A stretch of DNA of 64,000 bases from Candidatus Latescibacterota bacterium (GCA_965219455.1 OZ244744.1:4800001-4864000), one strand, 5' to 3'. Shown: positions 1 through 9,787, counted from the first letter of the stretch. Numbers and translations are program-made. Notes: generated by a model not told the origin, from the sequence alone.

Positions 1-126
1 GGAAAAGTCAAGTTTGTTTTTCCTGTGAGGCGCGTTAATTTAGGAGAGGCAGACGAACGCGCACGTGCTTTTTTGACCGATGACGGAGATCCGGCCAACA
101 TACCCACACGACAAGGAGAAACTTGC

Positions 127-756
127 ATGCTGACCTGTGAATCCCTGTTGCCCCTGCTCGATGCCCGGGTGGCGTCCATACTTCTGCGGCAGGTTCTGGA
201 CCGCTCCCGCCTGGACTATGGCGGCTTTGTCGAAGACGGCGTGGCCGGGGGAACCGGGGTGGGGAACGTCGTTCCTCTCTGCTATGCCTATCTGCTGGAG
301 GGCTCCGCACACTATCGGAGTACCGAACTCCTCGAGCGAATCCTCCTGGGAGCCGGTTTCGGCCGCAGGATCCGGCGGGATTCCGTACGGAAGAACCTGG
401 ACCTTTCCTACCATCTTCTGCACGCCGACGGTACGGTCGTGACGAGTGTGTCTCAAAGGCAGGACCGGGGGTCGCAGACGATTCCCGTGGGACTGGTGGA
501 CAGCTATTACGCGATGGCGCGCATGGAGGAAAACGGATTCTACGCGGCAGTCGCCGACTGGCTGATCGATCAGGAGCCCGGCGGGCTGCCCTGGACGCTT
601 CACCCGTTCTTGGAACACCCGGAATGGCGTGAGGATAATTTGAAACGCGAACCGCTGCCAGACAGCTATTCGAAGGTTTTTCCCGTTTCGGGCATATGGC
701 GGGTGCGCCGCGGGAGGATGAGCGCGACCGAGGGGATATTGGATAGCAAAGGCTAA
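127..756 (+). pseudogene. Hypothetical protein, probably internally deleted and C-terminally truncated
   Basis: AAGGAGA SD before ATG at 127 (MLTCESLLPLL). Protein-like sequence with an abrupt jump (…GRRIRR/DSVRKNLDLSY…). The TAA stop at 754-756 is supplied by the left end of a MITE-like repeat. Confidence 0.45.
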
Positions 757-861
757 TGTGCTGTCCCGGAAATAGATCGCCGAAATTCGGCCTGCCTGTG
801 CGGAAGACCTGCACGCAGACAGGCGGATGAATGGTGACATATTTCTGGGACGGGACACTAG
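753..861. mobile_element. MITE-like element, copy 1 (IS630-like termini)
   Basis: Imperfect terminal inverted repeats CTAATGTGCTGTCCCGGAAATA … TATTTCTGGGACGGGACACTAG, an internal CCTGCCTG…CAGACAGG hairpin, and the same ends at 45794-45961 and 55818-56139. Confidence 0.7.
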
Positions 862-868
862 GCGCCGG

Positions 869-2362
869 CTACGGCCGATTGCCGGGCAACTGGGAAAAAT
901 CGAACCGATTGTCGCCCTCAGAAGCGGCGAAGGGCGCAACCGGATGGGGTGTGGGGCCGTATCCGCATCGCCGGATCAGGTCTCGCGCCCGGTTTTGTTT
1001 TTCGGCGTCTCGCAAGACGCGCTCTGCCGACCACCGTTCGTGAATTCTTGCCTGACAATCCGCCACGATCCCCCGGCAGTCCGGATCTTTCGCGCGGTCG
1101 TGCATTTCGCCGGGATCCTCGTCCATATTGAAAAGCTGGCAGGATTGGAATTCGTGATAGTAGTTCAGCTTCCAGGGGCCGCGTCGGACCATGCAGGCTG
1201 GCTGATCTCCAAGGAGCCCGATGTACTCGGAGAAGACTTCGTGGGGCCAGTCGGGAATCGCTCCTTCGCACCTCAGGAAACCGGCAAAGCTCCTCCCCGA
1301 CACATCGGGTAGAGGTGGCGCGCCGGCCAGGTCCAGAAGCGTGGGGCCCACGTCTATGAGGCTGATAACGGCGTCGTTTTTGCCGTGCGGCAATTCAGGC
1401 GGCCAGGACACGATGAGGGGAACGCGGGCGGAGCCGTCGTAGAAGCTGCTCTTCCACCACATGCCGTGTTCGCAGGCCATATCGCCGTGGTCGGAGCAGT
1501 AGATGATGAAGGTCCGTTCGGCTGCCGTCGATGATTTGACCGCGTTTACGATTCTGCCGACGTTTCCATCGAGTTCCGTGACCAGCCCATAATAGGCGGC
1601 CAGTCCCCGCCGGTTCTGTTCGGGCGTCAATTCGTCCACGCCCCGGCGCTCCCGCCAATTCCGCATTGCGGGGTGGAGGGCGTCCGGATAGTCGGGGGAT
1701 ACGGGTTCCGGGAGGGGAATCTGTTCCATATAGTGGTCGAACAGGGTTCTGGAACAGATGAGGGGGTTGTGGGGCAGCATCAGGCCGACCACGAGGCAGC
1801 GGGGACGGCCCTCCCCGGTCCAATCCGAGATGTAGTCGCAGGCTGTGTCCGTGACGCTCCGGTCGAAGCGCTGGTAGCCGGTCCCACCGTATCCGGAGAC
1901 TTCAACGGCGTATTTTGTCTGCCCGTTCGTGCGGTTGGGTCCCGTTCCGAGGATTTCCGGGGAAAGCGCCCGGCCGCCGCAGTCGCCGTGGATGCGTTTC
2001 TCGAAGCCGTGAAATGGGTCAGGCCCCACAAAGTGCATCCGGCCGCAGAGGACCGTCTCATAACCCGCGGCACCGAGGGCGTGGGCGAAGGTGGGCGTTT
2101 GGGACGATAGGGTCCCGCTGTTGTCGAATACGCCGACTTCGCTGGGGTAACTGGCAGCCATAAAGCCCATCCTGGAAGGAGCGCAGAGCGGATAGGGGCA
2201 GTAGACGTTCGTGAAGCGGGTGCCCTGCCCGGCCAGTGCGTCCAGGTTGGGGGTCCGCACGATCGGGTTGCCGGCGCACCCCATAACGTTTGCGTTGTGC
2301 TGGTCGGACATAATGAGCACGATATTCGGCTGAGTGCCCGCTGCCATCGCGTTTTCCTGCAT
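869..2362 (-). CDS. Sulfatase (choline-sulfatase-like, formylglycine-dependent)
   Basis: PNIVLIMSDQH, CAPSR formylglycine motif, GRMH, SDHGD and WWKSSFYDGSARVPL motifs. Confidence 0.93.
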   Translation of the reverse strand: MQENAMAAGTQPNIVLIMSDQHNANVMGCAGNPIVRTPNLDALAGQGTRFTNVYCPYPLCAPSRMGFMAASYPSEVGVFDNSGTLSSQTPTFAHALGAAGYETVLCGRMHFVGPDPFHGFEKRIHGDCGGRALSPEILGTGPNRTNGQTKYAVEVSGYGGTGYQRFDRSVTDTACDYISDWTGEGRPRCLVVGLMLPHNPLICSRTLFDHYMEQIPLPEPVSPDYPDALHPAMRNWRERRGVDELTPEQNRRGLAAYYGLVTELDGNVGRIVNAVKSSTAAERTFIIYCSDHGDMACEHGMWWKSSFYDGSARVPLIVSWPPELPHGKNDAVISLIDVGPTLLDLAGAPPLPDVSGRSFAGFLRCEGAIPDWPHEVFSEYIGLLGDQPACMVRRGPWKLNYYHEFQSCQLFNMDEDPGEMHDRAKDPDCRGIVADCQARIHERWSAERVLRDAEKQNRARDLIRRCGYGPTPHPVAPFAASEGDNRFDFSQLPGNRP

Positions 2363-2411
2363 GCGCTGTCCTGGTTTTTCTCGTTGGGTCCTGCGTTGCG
2401 TGACGTTCCGA

Positions 2412-3554
2412 TCAAGGGTTGGCGCGGCGCCAGCGGGCTTTGTTGTCCTTCATCTCCTGATTGAGCGGGGCGGTGCGCGAGGTGGTCTGCGCACGGGCAT
2501 CGTGCAACCATTGGCCCCGGTTGTCGCGCTGAACGGGCAGGCGCTGGTCCACGGCCGGCGGCACTGCGGCCGCTCTGGGCCGGTCGCCGTACCAGTAGGC
2601 CACGCTGCTCATCTCGTTGCACAAGTGGTTTCCGTGGCCGTGCTCGATCGTGACCTTGATTTCCCGTTCGAAGCGTACCGGATTCTCCAGGTGGTGGACG
2701 TAGCTGGTCTGATAGCCGTTCGTATCGTCTTCATAGATCGAGGAACCGTTGCGCAGGAATGCGTTGGGTTGCATGCCCCAGGCCTGGTTCAGGTAGTCCT
2801 CGCTGCCGGTGCCGTGCAGGTCCGGCGGCCACCTGTACCCGTCCACCCAGATCATGTCGTCGCCCTCGCCCCACCAGGTCCCCTGAAAATTGGTGACGCT
2901 GATGTTGCAGCCGACATAGTGGCCGCGTCCCTCGGCGTCCAGGATGACGTAGTTGTTTTCCCAGGCCTCGCGCCCCACGTTGACGATATCGGCTTCCGGC
3001 GTGTTCACCCTGATTTCGTGCCCCCACCCGCCGAAGGGGTTCTCGCGACGGAATTCAGCGTGGAAATACCCGGTATCGCCCGGCAGTCCGTCCGGACAGG
3101 TTTCCCAATCAGCATAGAAATACTGCCGGTGGGGCTCGTCGCTCTCGTTGACCAGTTCCACGCAAGCCCGTTCCCTGAACGGCATGGACACGTACGCGTT
3201 GAGCGCGCAACCGGTGTCGAACTGGTTGTTGCTGTTGGTTGACGCGGTAAACAGCAGCGATTGGTAGGAGTTGACGATGCCGTGACCCAGGCCGAAAAAA
3301 TCGCCGAGGGGACACAGCACGCTTGGGTCTTCCGCGCCGTCGTAGGTTATTTTGAGCAGGCACTCACGGTAGTGATTGCGCTGGGTGAACCAGAGATGGG
3401 TGACGCATGCCGGCCCTTCGATATCGGCCAGAACCCGGGTCTCGCCCGGCTCCAGGATCCAGGCGTCGCTGTTTCGCCCGGTTGTGTCCCATGAAGAGTG
3501 GCGGCCGGTTCGTCCGGACTGAAGGCGGGCGAGGCCGCCCGTGATATCGTACAT
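2412..3554 (-). CDS. DUF2961 / glycoside hydrolase family 172 protein
   Basis: SSWDTTGRNSD, PLGDFFGLGHG, WWGEGDDMIWVDG, HGTGSEDY and IEHGHGN motifs. AGGAG SD before ATG at 3554; the longer ORF start runs into a repeat. Confidence 0.9.
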   Translation of the reverse strand: MYDITGGLARLQSGRTGRHSSWDTTGRNSDAWILEPGETRVLADIEGPACVTHLWFTQRNHYRECLLKITYDGAEDPSVLCPLGDFFGLGHGIVNSYQSLLFTASTNSNNQFDTGCALNAYVSMPFRERACVELVNESDEPHRQYFYADWETCPDGLPGDTGYFHAEFRRENPFGGWGHEIRVNTPEADIVNVGREAWENNYVILDAEGRGHYVGCNISVTNFQGTWWGEGDDMIWVDGYRWPPDLHGTGSEDYLNQAWGMQPNAFLRNGSSIYEDDTNGYQTSYVHHLENPVRFEREIKVTIEHGHGNHLCNEMSSVAYWYGDRPRAAAVPPAVDQRLPVQRDNRGQWLHDARAQTTSRTAPLNQEMKDNKARWRRANP

Positions 3555-3631
3555 GTCAGGCTCCTGAACCATTACCGAGAGCAGCAATTGGCTGACATCT
3601 ATTGCCCGTGCTTCAGTAAATGCGGACGCGT

Positions 3632-3723
3632 CGAAACGTGGACGCTGAGCTTGTCGAAGTGCGCACGTTTCGATAACCTTCGCCGACCCTTCGACAGGCT
3701 CAGGGAGCGGCTCAGGGTTCAGG
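3632..3723. repeat. REP-like palindromic repeat (CTGAGCTTGTCGAA / TTCGACAGGCTCAG family)
   Basis: Inverted pair CTGAGCTTGTCGAAG (3645) / CTTCGACAGGCTCAG (~3690) plus a CGAAACG…CGTTTCG stem. Close homologue at 55961-56074. Confidence 0.8.
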
Positions 3724-3834
3724 CTCAATCACATTTACCATGGCAAATGATGTAAACTATCAGGTGCTCAACGGAATATGTTTATGGTGTGGGACATCCG
3801 GCCACTCGGGGGTGGCCAAGGCACGAACGAAGCT

Positions 3835-4494
3835 TCAGAGCAACCCCTTCCGTCGTTTGCCCACCACGACCTCGTCCACGAAACCCTGTCCACAGATGTC
3901 CTTCAGACCGCCGCCCGGAAAATGCGTTGCCCAATCGTACAGGCTGTGCATTCGTTGACTTTGGGATTCATCGACCGGCGGTTCGGCGCGGACGGCGTCC
4001 AATTGTTCAATGACGGCGGCGGCAATTCTGGCGTACAGGCGGGTCGAGCACTCGTCCAGATCGGCGGCGCCCTCGCGCGCTTCCTGGTACCAGGCCATCG
4101 CGTTGAACAGCACCTGCCGGACGCGAGGATAGAAGGAACACATCAGGTTCCAGTCGTCGCCGTCTTTATCCTGGTCGCCGGACGACCGGAAGTCGGAACG
4201 CAGGATCACGGAGGGTATGTCCAGGAATTTGGCCATCATGAACTCCACGACCGTACCCGAATCCAGGTCCGTGCCGTCGAAGTTGAACAGACCCATGTCG
4301 CAGGCCATCACCTGCTTCAGGTCCTGATTTCGTATGTCGACCGCCCGTCCGGTGGCTTGTTCCAGGTGCTGTGGCACGACGCAGGCGTACCGGCCGTTTG
4401 AGTAGCTTTCGATGGCTTCAGCCAGGATGGCGTTGCCGATGAGATGCTTGTGATCGAAGAGTTCGCCGGCGAAATAGACGCTGTAAGTGGTCAT
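3835..4494 (-). CDS. Nucleoside 2-deoxyribosyltransferase family protein
   Basis: VYFAGELF start, IRNQDLKQVMACD, DGTDLDSGTVVE (catalytic Glu), SDFR and WNLM motifs. Confidence 0.85.
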   Translation of the reverse strand: MTTYSVYFAGELFDHKHLIGNAILAEAIESYSNGRYACVVPQHLEQATGRAVDIRNQDLKQVMACDMGLFNFDGTDLDSGTVVEFMMAKFLDIPSVILRSDFRSSGDQDKDGDDWNLMCSFYPRVRQVLFNAMAWYQEAREGAADLDECSTRLYARIAAAVIEQLDAVRAEPPVDESQSQRMHSLYDWATHFPGGGLKDICGQGFVDEVVVGKRRKGLL

Positions 4495-4539
4495 GTCGCG
4501 GTCCCTTGATCTGGAGCGTGCCTGGCCGGAAGCGCCTGT

Positions 4540-5355
4540 TCAGAGTCCATAGCGTAATGAAACACGAAGTCCGTGGCTGGAAAGAGTGGCCGTCGTCTCC
4601 GCCAGATCGAGTTGCAGCGGGTCGCGACTTCCGTCGCGCCAGACGATTCGCCCCCTTGCCCTACCGGTTTCCACGGCGCCGGAATTCATGTAACGCCATC
4701 CAATATCAGCCGTCATCTTTCCACGTATCCGCACCGCCACGCCCGCGGTCAGCATAAACGCGAATCCTACCCGGCTTGCGCCGGGGACGATGGTGGTCGT
4801 TCTGTTAAACTCCATGCGGGTTTCGTCGATGGAATTTCGCGAGAGGCCGCCCCCGCATCCGAGGAAGGGGCGGAACGGTCCCCGTCCGGGGAGGTCCACA
4901 TAGGCGCTGAGAAGTGCGGAAAGGGAGGATATGTCTGCCGACACGTCCTGCCGGCCTGAGGTCTGCAGGAAGTTGGCGCGCCCATTGAAGGAGAATGGCG
5001 GGCGATATTGAACGGCGGCTTCGACGCGGATGCGCTTTGTCGCAACGTAGCCTGCGCCCACTTCGAAGCCGGGCGCCCTGGCGAATTCGCCCGAGGCGCT
5101 CAGGTTGGCGCCGTCCACGCCCGTCCCGCATCCATACAGGGCCGCCGGCGTCTCGCTCGAGCAGTCCTTGTCCATGAAACGCGACGTTGCCCGCAGGTCC
5201 AGAACGGCGCTGCCGAGAATATAGAAATCACCCCGCGCGAAGGACGTCACGCGGACCCTCACAGGCGCGGTTTCAGATTTCAGGCTGGACGTCTGTGCAG
5301 ACGTCGCGTGTGACAAGGTGGCCGTCACAATCAGCACCGATACACTACAAAACAT
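4540..5355 (-). CDS. Outer-membrane beta-barrel protein (opacity/OmpA-membrane-like)
   Basis: Signal-peptide-like N-terminus, amphipathic strands (AYVDL, FRPFLGCGGG, DIGWRY) and C-terminal SHGLRVSLRYGL. Start uncertain (5355 or 5370). Confidence 0.75.
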   Translation of the reverse strand: MFCSVSVLIVTATLSHATSAQTSSLKSETAPVRVRVTSFARGDFYILGSAVLDLRATSRFMDKDCSSETPAALYGCGTGVDGANLSASGEFARAPGFEVGAGYVATKRIRVEAAVQYRPPFSFNGRANFLQTSGRQDVSADISSLSALLSAYVDLPGRGPFRPFLGCGGGLSRNSIDETRMEFNRTTTIVPGASRVGFAFMLTAGVAVRIRGKMTADIGWRYMNSGAVETGRARGRIVWRDGSRDPLQLDLAETTATLSSHGLRVSLRYGL

Positions 5356-5399
5356 CCGTGTTTGGATCACTGCCTCCCTTGGTGAAATCCTCGTTCTCC

Positions 5400-5590
5400 T
5401 CAACCTTCAATATCGAAGTTGCCGTCTATGCCGAGTTTTTGGAATCCGCCTTAACTCGCTCACGGTAGTGTCTGCTGAGCGTGAGTCGACCCGAACCGAA
5501 AGCTCAACATGCGATCAGAGGTCACCGTATCTACTGCCAGCCATTCGAAAGGGTCTACGAGCAGTCCTTTCAAAACACCAGTCGGCATCG
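5400..5590 (-). pseudogene. Collapsed remnant of a second DUF499 ATPase gene
   Basis: 5400-5515 translates SHVELSVRVDSRSADTTVSELRRI…LGIDGNFDIEG*, matching the DUF499 C-terminus SRIELSVRIDSWSAENAVTELRQILDDLGIADQIQIE. 5526-5588 matches nt ~11638-11700 of the same gene. Confidence 0.8.
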
Positions 5591-5620
5591 ATTTTCGAGG
5601 TTCTCGCGTGGACACGGTCC

Positions 5621-5995
5621 TTAGTTGGTACCCTGCTCGTTGCGTTTTCCTAGACGTATCCGCACCCGTCTCCGCGTCACCACGATCATAGCGCTCTCGT
5701 GCATCGCATCCGCATGCTGCTCAAGCAACTCACGCATAGCAGCTACCTTCTCCGAAACCTGCATTTCGACGAAGCGGATGATGCACGGGTGGGGCAAGTG
5801 CCGCACAAAGACCAGTTCACCAAAATCCTTGTCTTCGGTGACGAGCACTCGTTGCTCCTGGTTTGCCACTGCGAGCAGGGCTCCATCCGTGGCACGAGGA
5901 TTTATCTCCGCGCCCGAAACGACATTATGACCCAGATCGGTCAACATTGTACACAAACTGCGGGACGCGGCACAGACGTCAAGAAGAAATCTCAC
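5621..5995 (-). CDS. DUF5615 PIN-like toxin (VapC45-like)
   Basis: MRFLLDVC start and ATDGALLAVANQEQRVLVTEDKDFGEL motif, directly downstream of DUF433. Confidence 0.88.
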   Translation of the reverse strand: MRFLLDVCAASRSLCTMLTDLGHNVVSGAEINPRATDGALLAVANQEQRVLVTEDKDFGELVFVRHLPHPCIIRFVEMQVSEKVAAMRELLEQHADAMHESAMIVVTRRRVRIRLGKRNEQGTN

Positions 5996-6000
5996 GATGC

Positions 6001-6249
6001 TTACCGGACAGGCACACGCTCATGGACATGGTCACCTGCAATCGAACGGTGGGCAAAAAGAAGGCACGCCTGGATGTCTTCGGGCTCCAGAATCGGGTAT
6101 TCCTGGAGAATCGTCTCTGTGGTATCGCCTGCCGCGAGCATTCCCAGAACATGTTCCACCGCGATGCGCATGTCGCGAATGATGGGCTTGCCACCAAAGA
6201 CATCCGGGCGCACGGTAATGCGCTTGAGTAATGCAGGATCAATGGACAT
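6001..6249 (-). CDS. DUF433 antitoxin (VapB45-like), copy A
   Basis: RITVRPDVFGGKPIIRDMRIAVEHVLGMLAAG…ILQEYP.LEPEDIQACL.FA motif, GGAGG SD. Confidence 0.92.
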   Translation of the reverse strand: MSIDPALLKRITVRPDVFGGKPIIRDMRIAVEHVLGMLAAGDTTETILQEYPILEPEDIQACLLFAHRSIAGDHVHERVPVR

Positions 6250-6392
6250 GTCTTCCTCCATGGTTATTGCGTCCGACGTAAATCTGCGGTTCGGCTACCT
6301 CGGAACCTCGGGGAAAGCGCGAAGCGAGGATAGCCAGCGAAGGTTTCGCAGGCACCGTCGGCGAACTGTCTCCATCTTCCAATCTTTCAGAG

Positions 6393-6565
6393 CCACGCTT
6401 GATCATAACCGCCTTGATGGCCTTTTCGGCTGCCTGCTGGGCTTCGAAGCATAGATCTTCCAGATAGGCGTCAGGAATACGGTTCTTCGCCATTGCAAGA
6501 TTACTTCTGGCGCGGTTCAGCCATTCGCGCGGATCATCGGGCGGGAAGCGCTCAGGAGGACTCAT
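6393..6565 (-). pseudogene. HEPN toxin, truncated (copy A)
   Basis: REWLNRARSNLAMA…DLCFEAQQAAEKAIKAV is a HEPN N-terminal half. The sequence then becomes unrelated and the C-terminal half is missing. Confidence 0.8.
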
Positions 6566-6878
6566 ATATGACCTTGCCTTCCTGCAATGCGGGCTTGATG
6601 ATCACCGAGTGGCTGTCCTTGTAGCGCTCCACGTCGTCGGGCGTAACGACGACAGCGTCGACGGCTGCGCCGGCACCATCGAGATTCATATAAATGTCGC
6701 CCATCAGTTCAAGCGCGTCCGCGCCTTCCTTGATGATAAGCAAGTCTACGTCGCTGTGGCGGTTCATGTCCCCCCGGGCGGCGGACCCGAAGAGGATGAT
6801 CTTCTCCGGCTCGGCCACCTCCACAATTCGCTGTATGATGTCGTCCAGCGTACTTTGGTCAATTCCTGTTTTCTTCAT
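6552..6878 (-). CDS. Minimal nucleotidyltransferase (MNT) antitoxin, copy A
   Basis: IILFGSAARGD…SDVDLLII (GS-DxD) motif, overlapping the HEPN start. Confidence 0.9.
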   Translation of the reverse strand: MKKTGIDQSTLDDIIQRIVEVAEPEKIILFGSAARGDMNRHSDVDLLIIKEGADALELMGDIYMNLDGAGAAVDAVVVTPDDVERYKDSHSVIIKPALQEGKVIYESS

Positions 6879-7194
6879 GGCATGCTCACGTCTCAAAAAA
6901 AGCCGCGCTGTGTATCTTCGCCGTGTTTCCACGTCTGCTTTCCATCGATCGCAAGCGAACCTCGGGCGGTACTAAATTGCGGCTTCGACATGTACGCCCA
7001 TTGGAGCGACGTTGCCCGGTCCGAATTCGACACCTGCCGTTTCATTCCTTCGGGCCGATTTAGGTAATATTGGCAGGCCGTTTGGTAGTTTTCCGGCGGG
7101 TGTTTCGTTCTGGCGCGATCCGCATCTGACACAGGGCGCGAGCAGGAGTTTGGGCCCAACGTTTCCAATTGGGGACCTCCGCGACTATTCAAAC

Positions 7195-7833
7195 CTACTT
7201 TCCCAGCGTTTCGAGTTTAGAAACCCAGTTCGCGAACCGCGGGCATTCGGCACGAATCACCTCAAGACCCGTGGCCAGAGCAATAAGCGGCCCGTGTACG
7301 AATTTATCGTAAGTAATAATCGCTTGCTGAATACGCTTGCTCGGTGCTGTGTTTCTGTTGTCGTTAATGTCCTCAGGCGTAAGAAATTCCTCACGAATAC
7401 TACGTAATTCATAAACTGCCTCATGAGGCGCATTAATTGCGTTTTTGAAGGCATCTACGTCGGAGAACAGCAATCCCTCGAACTCATGTTGTTGTACATA
7501 CGGTATCACGGTCTCCGGATTCCATACCTGACCAATTGCCTTGCCAATGCGTTGCACCAATTGTTCCTCCAGCTCTTCGACATTCATCTCGCCTTTCTGT
7601 CGAAAACCGTAGAAGTCGACCAAAGACGTCACGCAATCAAACGACCGGAGTAAGTGAATCAACTCCGGTACCAGCCGATCTATTGATACGTTTCCGCCGC
7701 CGTACCGACCGCGGGCACGTCCGAGCAAGACCGGCGTGGGCTCCACGCCTTGTAATCGCAGATGTTCTGCAAGTACTCTATTTACGAATTGTTCTTCAGT
7801 GGGACCCTCTACTGATATCGCCAGTCGGATCAC
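7195..7833 (-). CDS. DUF4276 family protein (TOPRIM/RloB-like partner of ATPase)
   Basis: ISVEGPTEEQF, SLVDFYG, PYVQQHEFEGLLFSD, PEDIND..TAPSKR and CPRFANWV motifs. ATGA overlap with the ATPase. Confidence 0.85.
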   Translation of the reverse strand: MIRLAISVEGPTEEQFVNRVLAEHLRLQGVEPTPVLLGRARGRYGGGNVSIDRLVPELIHLLRSFDCVTSLVDFYGFRQKGEMNVEELEEQLVQRIGKAIGQVWNPETVIPYVQQHEFEGLLFSDVDAFKNAINAPHEAVYELRSIREEFLTPEDINDNRNTAPSKRIQQAIITYDKFVHGPLIALATGLEVIRAECPRFANWVSKLETLGK

Positions 7834-8942
7834 GGGCGTCCTCCGAGCAGGTTCTTCTGCCAGAGCTCGCCTGGAGTGAAGTTGTCATCAAGCCATTCGT
7901 GATAGTCGTTTGGCGCCAGTTTATTGAACTCGGTTCGTCCATCGACCAGGTTTAGCACGAAAATCTCATCAAGAGCGAACTCATCCACAAGCAAGGGCGA
8001 TTGTGTTGCCACAATGACTTGCCTTTCCTTGGCGAGTGCTTGAATCATCCCCCCAATTAATGCAACGGCGGCGGGATGCAGGCCGAGTTCAGGTTCATCC
8101 AAGAGAAGCACGTCTGGTAGCATCTCTGGTGGCAGATTCAACAACGTCGCAAGTGAGAAGAAACGCAGTGAGCCATCGGATGTCAGGTGCGGGCCGAACG
8201 TCTTATCCGTACCTTTGGCCTTCCATCTAAGAAACACTTTCCCATAGCTTTCTTCTATCTGAAATCGGTCAAATACGGGCAAGACGCGGCCGATTTGCTC
8301 GCAGATCAGTTCGAATCGCCTGAAATCCTGCCGCTCCAAACGATACAATACTGCTGCCAGATTGCCGGCATGTGCTCTGAGATAGTTATTGTCTTGAATT
8401 TCCCATTTTGTTTTAAAATCAGAGGTGTCTGACGTGTCATGGAATTGGTATGCCGCGCAGTTGCGGAGCAAATTCACGATCACGCGGGCGGTCGTGTTGG
8501 ATTGTGCCTCTTCGACAATATTGGCCTCCGAGTGGCTGCTGCCGAGATGTCGCCAGTCTGCCTCTGAATCGAATTCTCGGCGACTGAAACGAAATGCCTC
8601 ATCCATGAAAATCAAGCGGTCGGGATGAGCCTGAGCAAGTGCGAATCGGAAGTCGTTCCGGCCTGCATTGGTTTGCAATGTCACCGACGCTTCCATTCGT
8701 GGGGTATGTTTGCCCCCGCCGAATAACTGATCGTCGGCCCCTCCCTGTCGCTCGACGAACTCTGCGAGTCTGTGTGCTCCGAGCATCCAACTCAGCATTT
8801 CGAAGAAGCGAATGAAGTTCGACTTCCCCGATCCATTTGCGCCAATCAGGACCGCCGCGCCGGGGATACCGTCAAGCTCGATATCCGCCAACGACCGGAA
8901 ACCTCGAATGCGGATATGATCTATGAAGGTTCTCTTATTCAT
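7830..8942 (-). CDS. AAA_21 / ABC-type ATPase
   Basis: Walker A GANGSGKSN, SDGSLRF signature, Walker B LLLDEPELGLHP and ATQSP. Confidence 0.93.
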   Translation of the reverse strand: MNKRTFIDHIRIRGFRSLADIELDGIPGAAVLIGANGSGKSNFIRFFEMLSWMLGAHRLAEFVERQGGADDQLFGGGKHTPRMEASVTLQTNAGRNDFRFALAQAHPDRLIFMDEAFRFSRREFDSEADWRHLGSSHSEANIVEEAQSNTTARVIVNLLRNCAAYQFHDTSDTSDFKTKWEIQDNNYLRAHAGNLAAVLYRLERQDFRRFELICEQIGRVLPVFDRFQIEESYGKVFLRWKAKGTDKTFGPHLTSDGSLRFFSLATLLNLPPEMLPDVLLLDEPELGLHPAAVALIGGMIQALAKERQVIVATQSPLLVDEFALDEIFVLNLVDGRTEFNKLAPNDYHEWLDDNFTPGELWQKNLLGGRP

Positions 8943-9022
8943 CAGATATTCTCCCTGCGTGGTGACCGGCCCGTCGTTTAATGAGGCACCTTACCGCTCG
9001 CCCGTGGCGAAGAGCGGCCTTC

Positions 9023-9061
9023 ACTGCGGGACGCGGCACAGACGTCAACAAGAAATTTCAC
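9023..9061 (-). pseudogene. DUF5615 toxin remnant (copy B)
   Basis: MKFLVDVCAASRS matches copy A for about 13 codons, then diverges. Confidence 0.75.
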
Positions 9062-9066
9062 GATGT

Positions 9067-9315
9067 TTACCGGAAAGGCACACGCTCATGCACATGATCA
9101 CCTGCCAGCGAGCAGTGGGCAAAAAGCAGGCAAGCCTGAATGTCTTCTGGCTCTATAATCGGGTACTCCTGGAGGATTGTTTCTGCGGTATCGCCTGCCG
9201 CAAGCATTCCCAGGACGTGTTCCACCGCGATGCGCATGTCGCGAATGATGGGCTTGCCACCGAAGACATCCGGACGTACCGTAATACGATTGAGCAGCGC
9301 AGATCCTGAGGTCAT
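9067..9315 (-). CDS. DUF433 antitoxin, copy B
   Basis: Near-identical to 6001-6249. Confidence 0.9.
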   Translation of the reverse strand: MTSGSALLNRITVRPDVFGGKPIIRDMRIAVEHVLGMLAAGDTAETILQEYPIIEPEDIQACLLFAHCSLAGDHVHERVPFR

Positions 9316-9326
9316 GTCTTCCTCCA

Positions 9327-9643
9327 TCATATACGACCTTGCCTTCCTGCAATGCGGGCTTGATGATCACCGAGTGGCTGTCCTTGTAGCGCTCCACGTC
9401 GTCGGGCGTGACGACGACAGCGTCGACGGCTGCGCCGACGCCATCGAGATTCATGCAAATCTCGCCCATCAGTTCAAGCGCGTCCGCGCCTTCCTTAATG
9501 ATTAGCAAGTCTACGTCGCTGTGGCGATTCATTTCGCCCCGGGCGGCGGACCCGAAGAGGATGATCTTCTCCGGCTGGGCAACCTCCACACCGCGCTGGA
9601 TAATGTCGTCCAGCGTACTTTGGTCGATTCCTGTTTTTTCCAT
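9327..9643 (-). pseudogene. MNT antitoxin copy B, stop codon lost by deletion of the whole HEPN gene
   Basis: Near-identical to copy A up to …KVVY. It is then joined directly to the GGAGGAAGAC-ATG leader of DUF433 and reads on out of frame to 9098. Confidence 0.8.
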
Positions 9644-9787
9644 CGCGTGCTCATGTCTACGAAGATCGGCGCAGTTTAACTTCGCCGTCTGGCCCGACCC
9701 TCTTTCAACGACCGCACAGTGCACAGTTGAAAATAAACAATCCGTGCCGAAACTTGGTTCTCGTTTTGTGCCTTCAGTAAGGAGTTG

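Noticed and set aside
3555-3728. N-terminal extensions of GH172 (and of the ORFs starting at 45915 and 55967)
   Set aside because: They are translations of intergenic repeats. Better starts exist downstream (SD-supported for GH172, and Met-Cys N-termini for the amidotransferases).
6960-7190. Possible remnant of a second helicase 3' end (YYLNRPEGMKRQV versus YYLSVNALKQPM)
   Set aside because: Similarity is too weak to support without an alignment score.
9098-9724. 208-aa ORF as a novel MNT fusion protein
   Set aside because: The C-terminal part is an out-of-frame read through DUF433 caused by deletion of HEPN.
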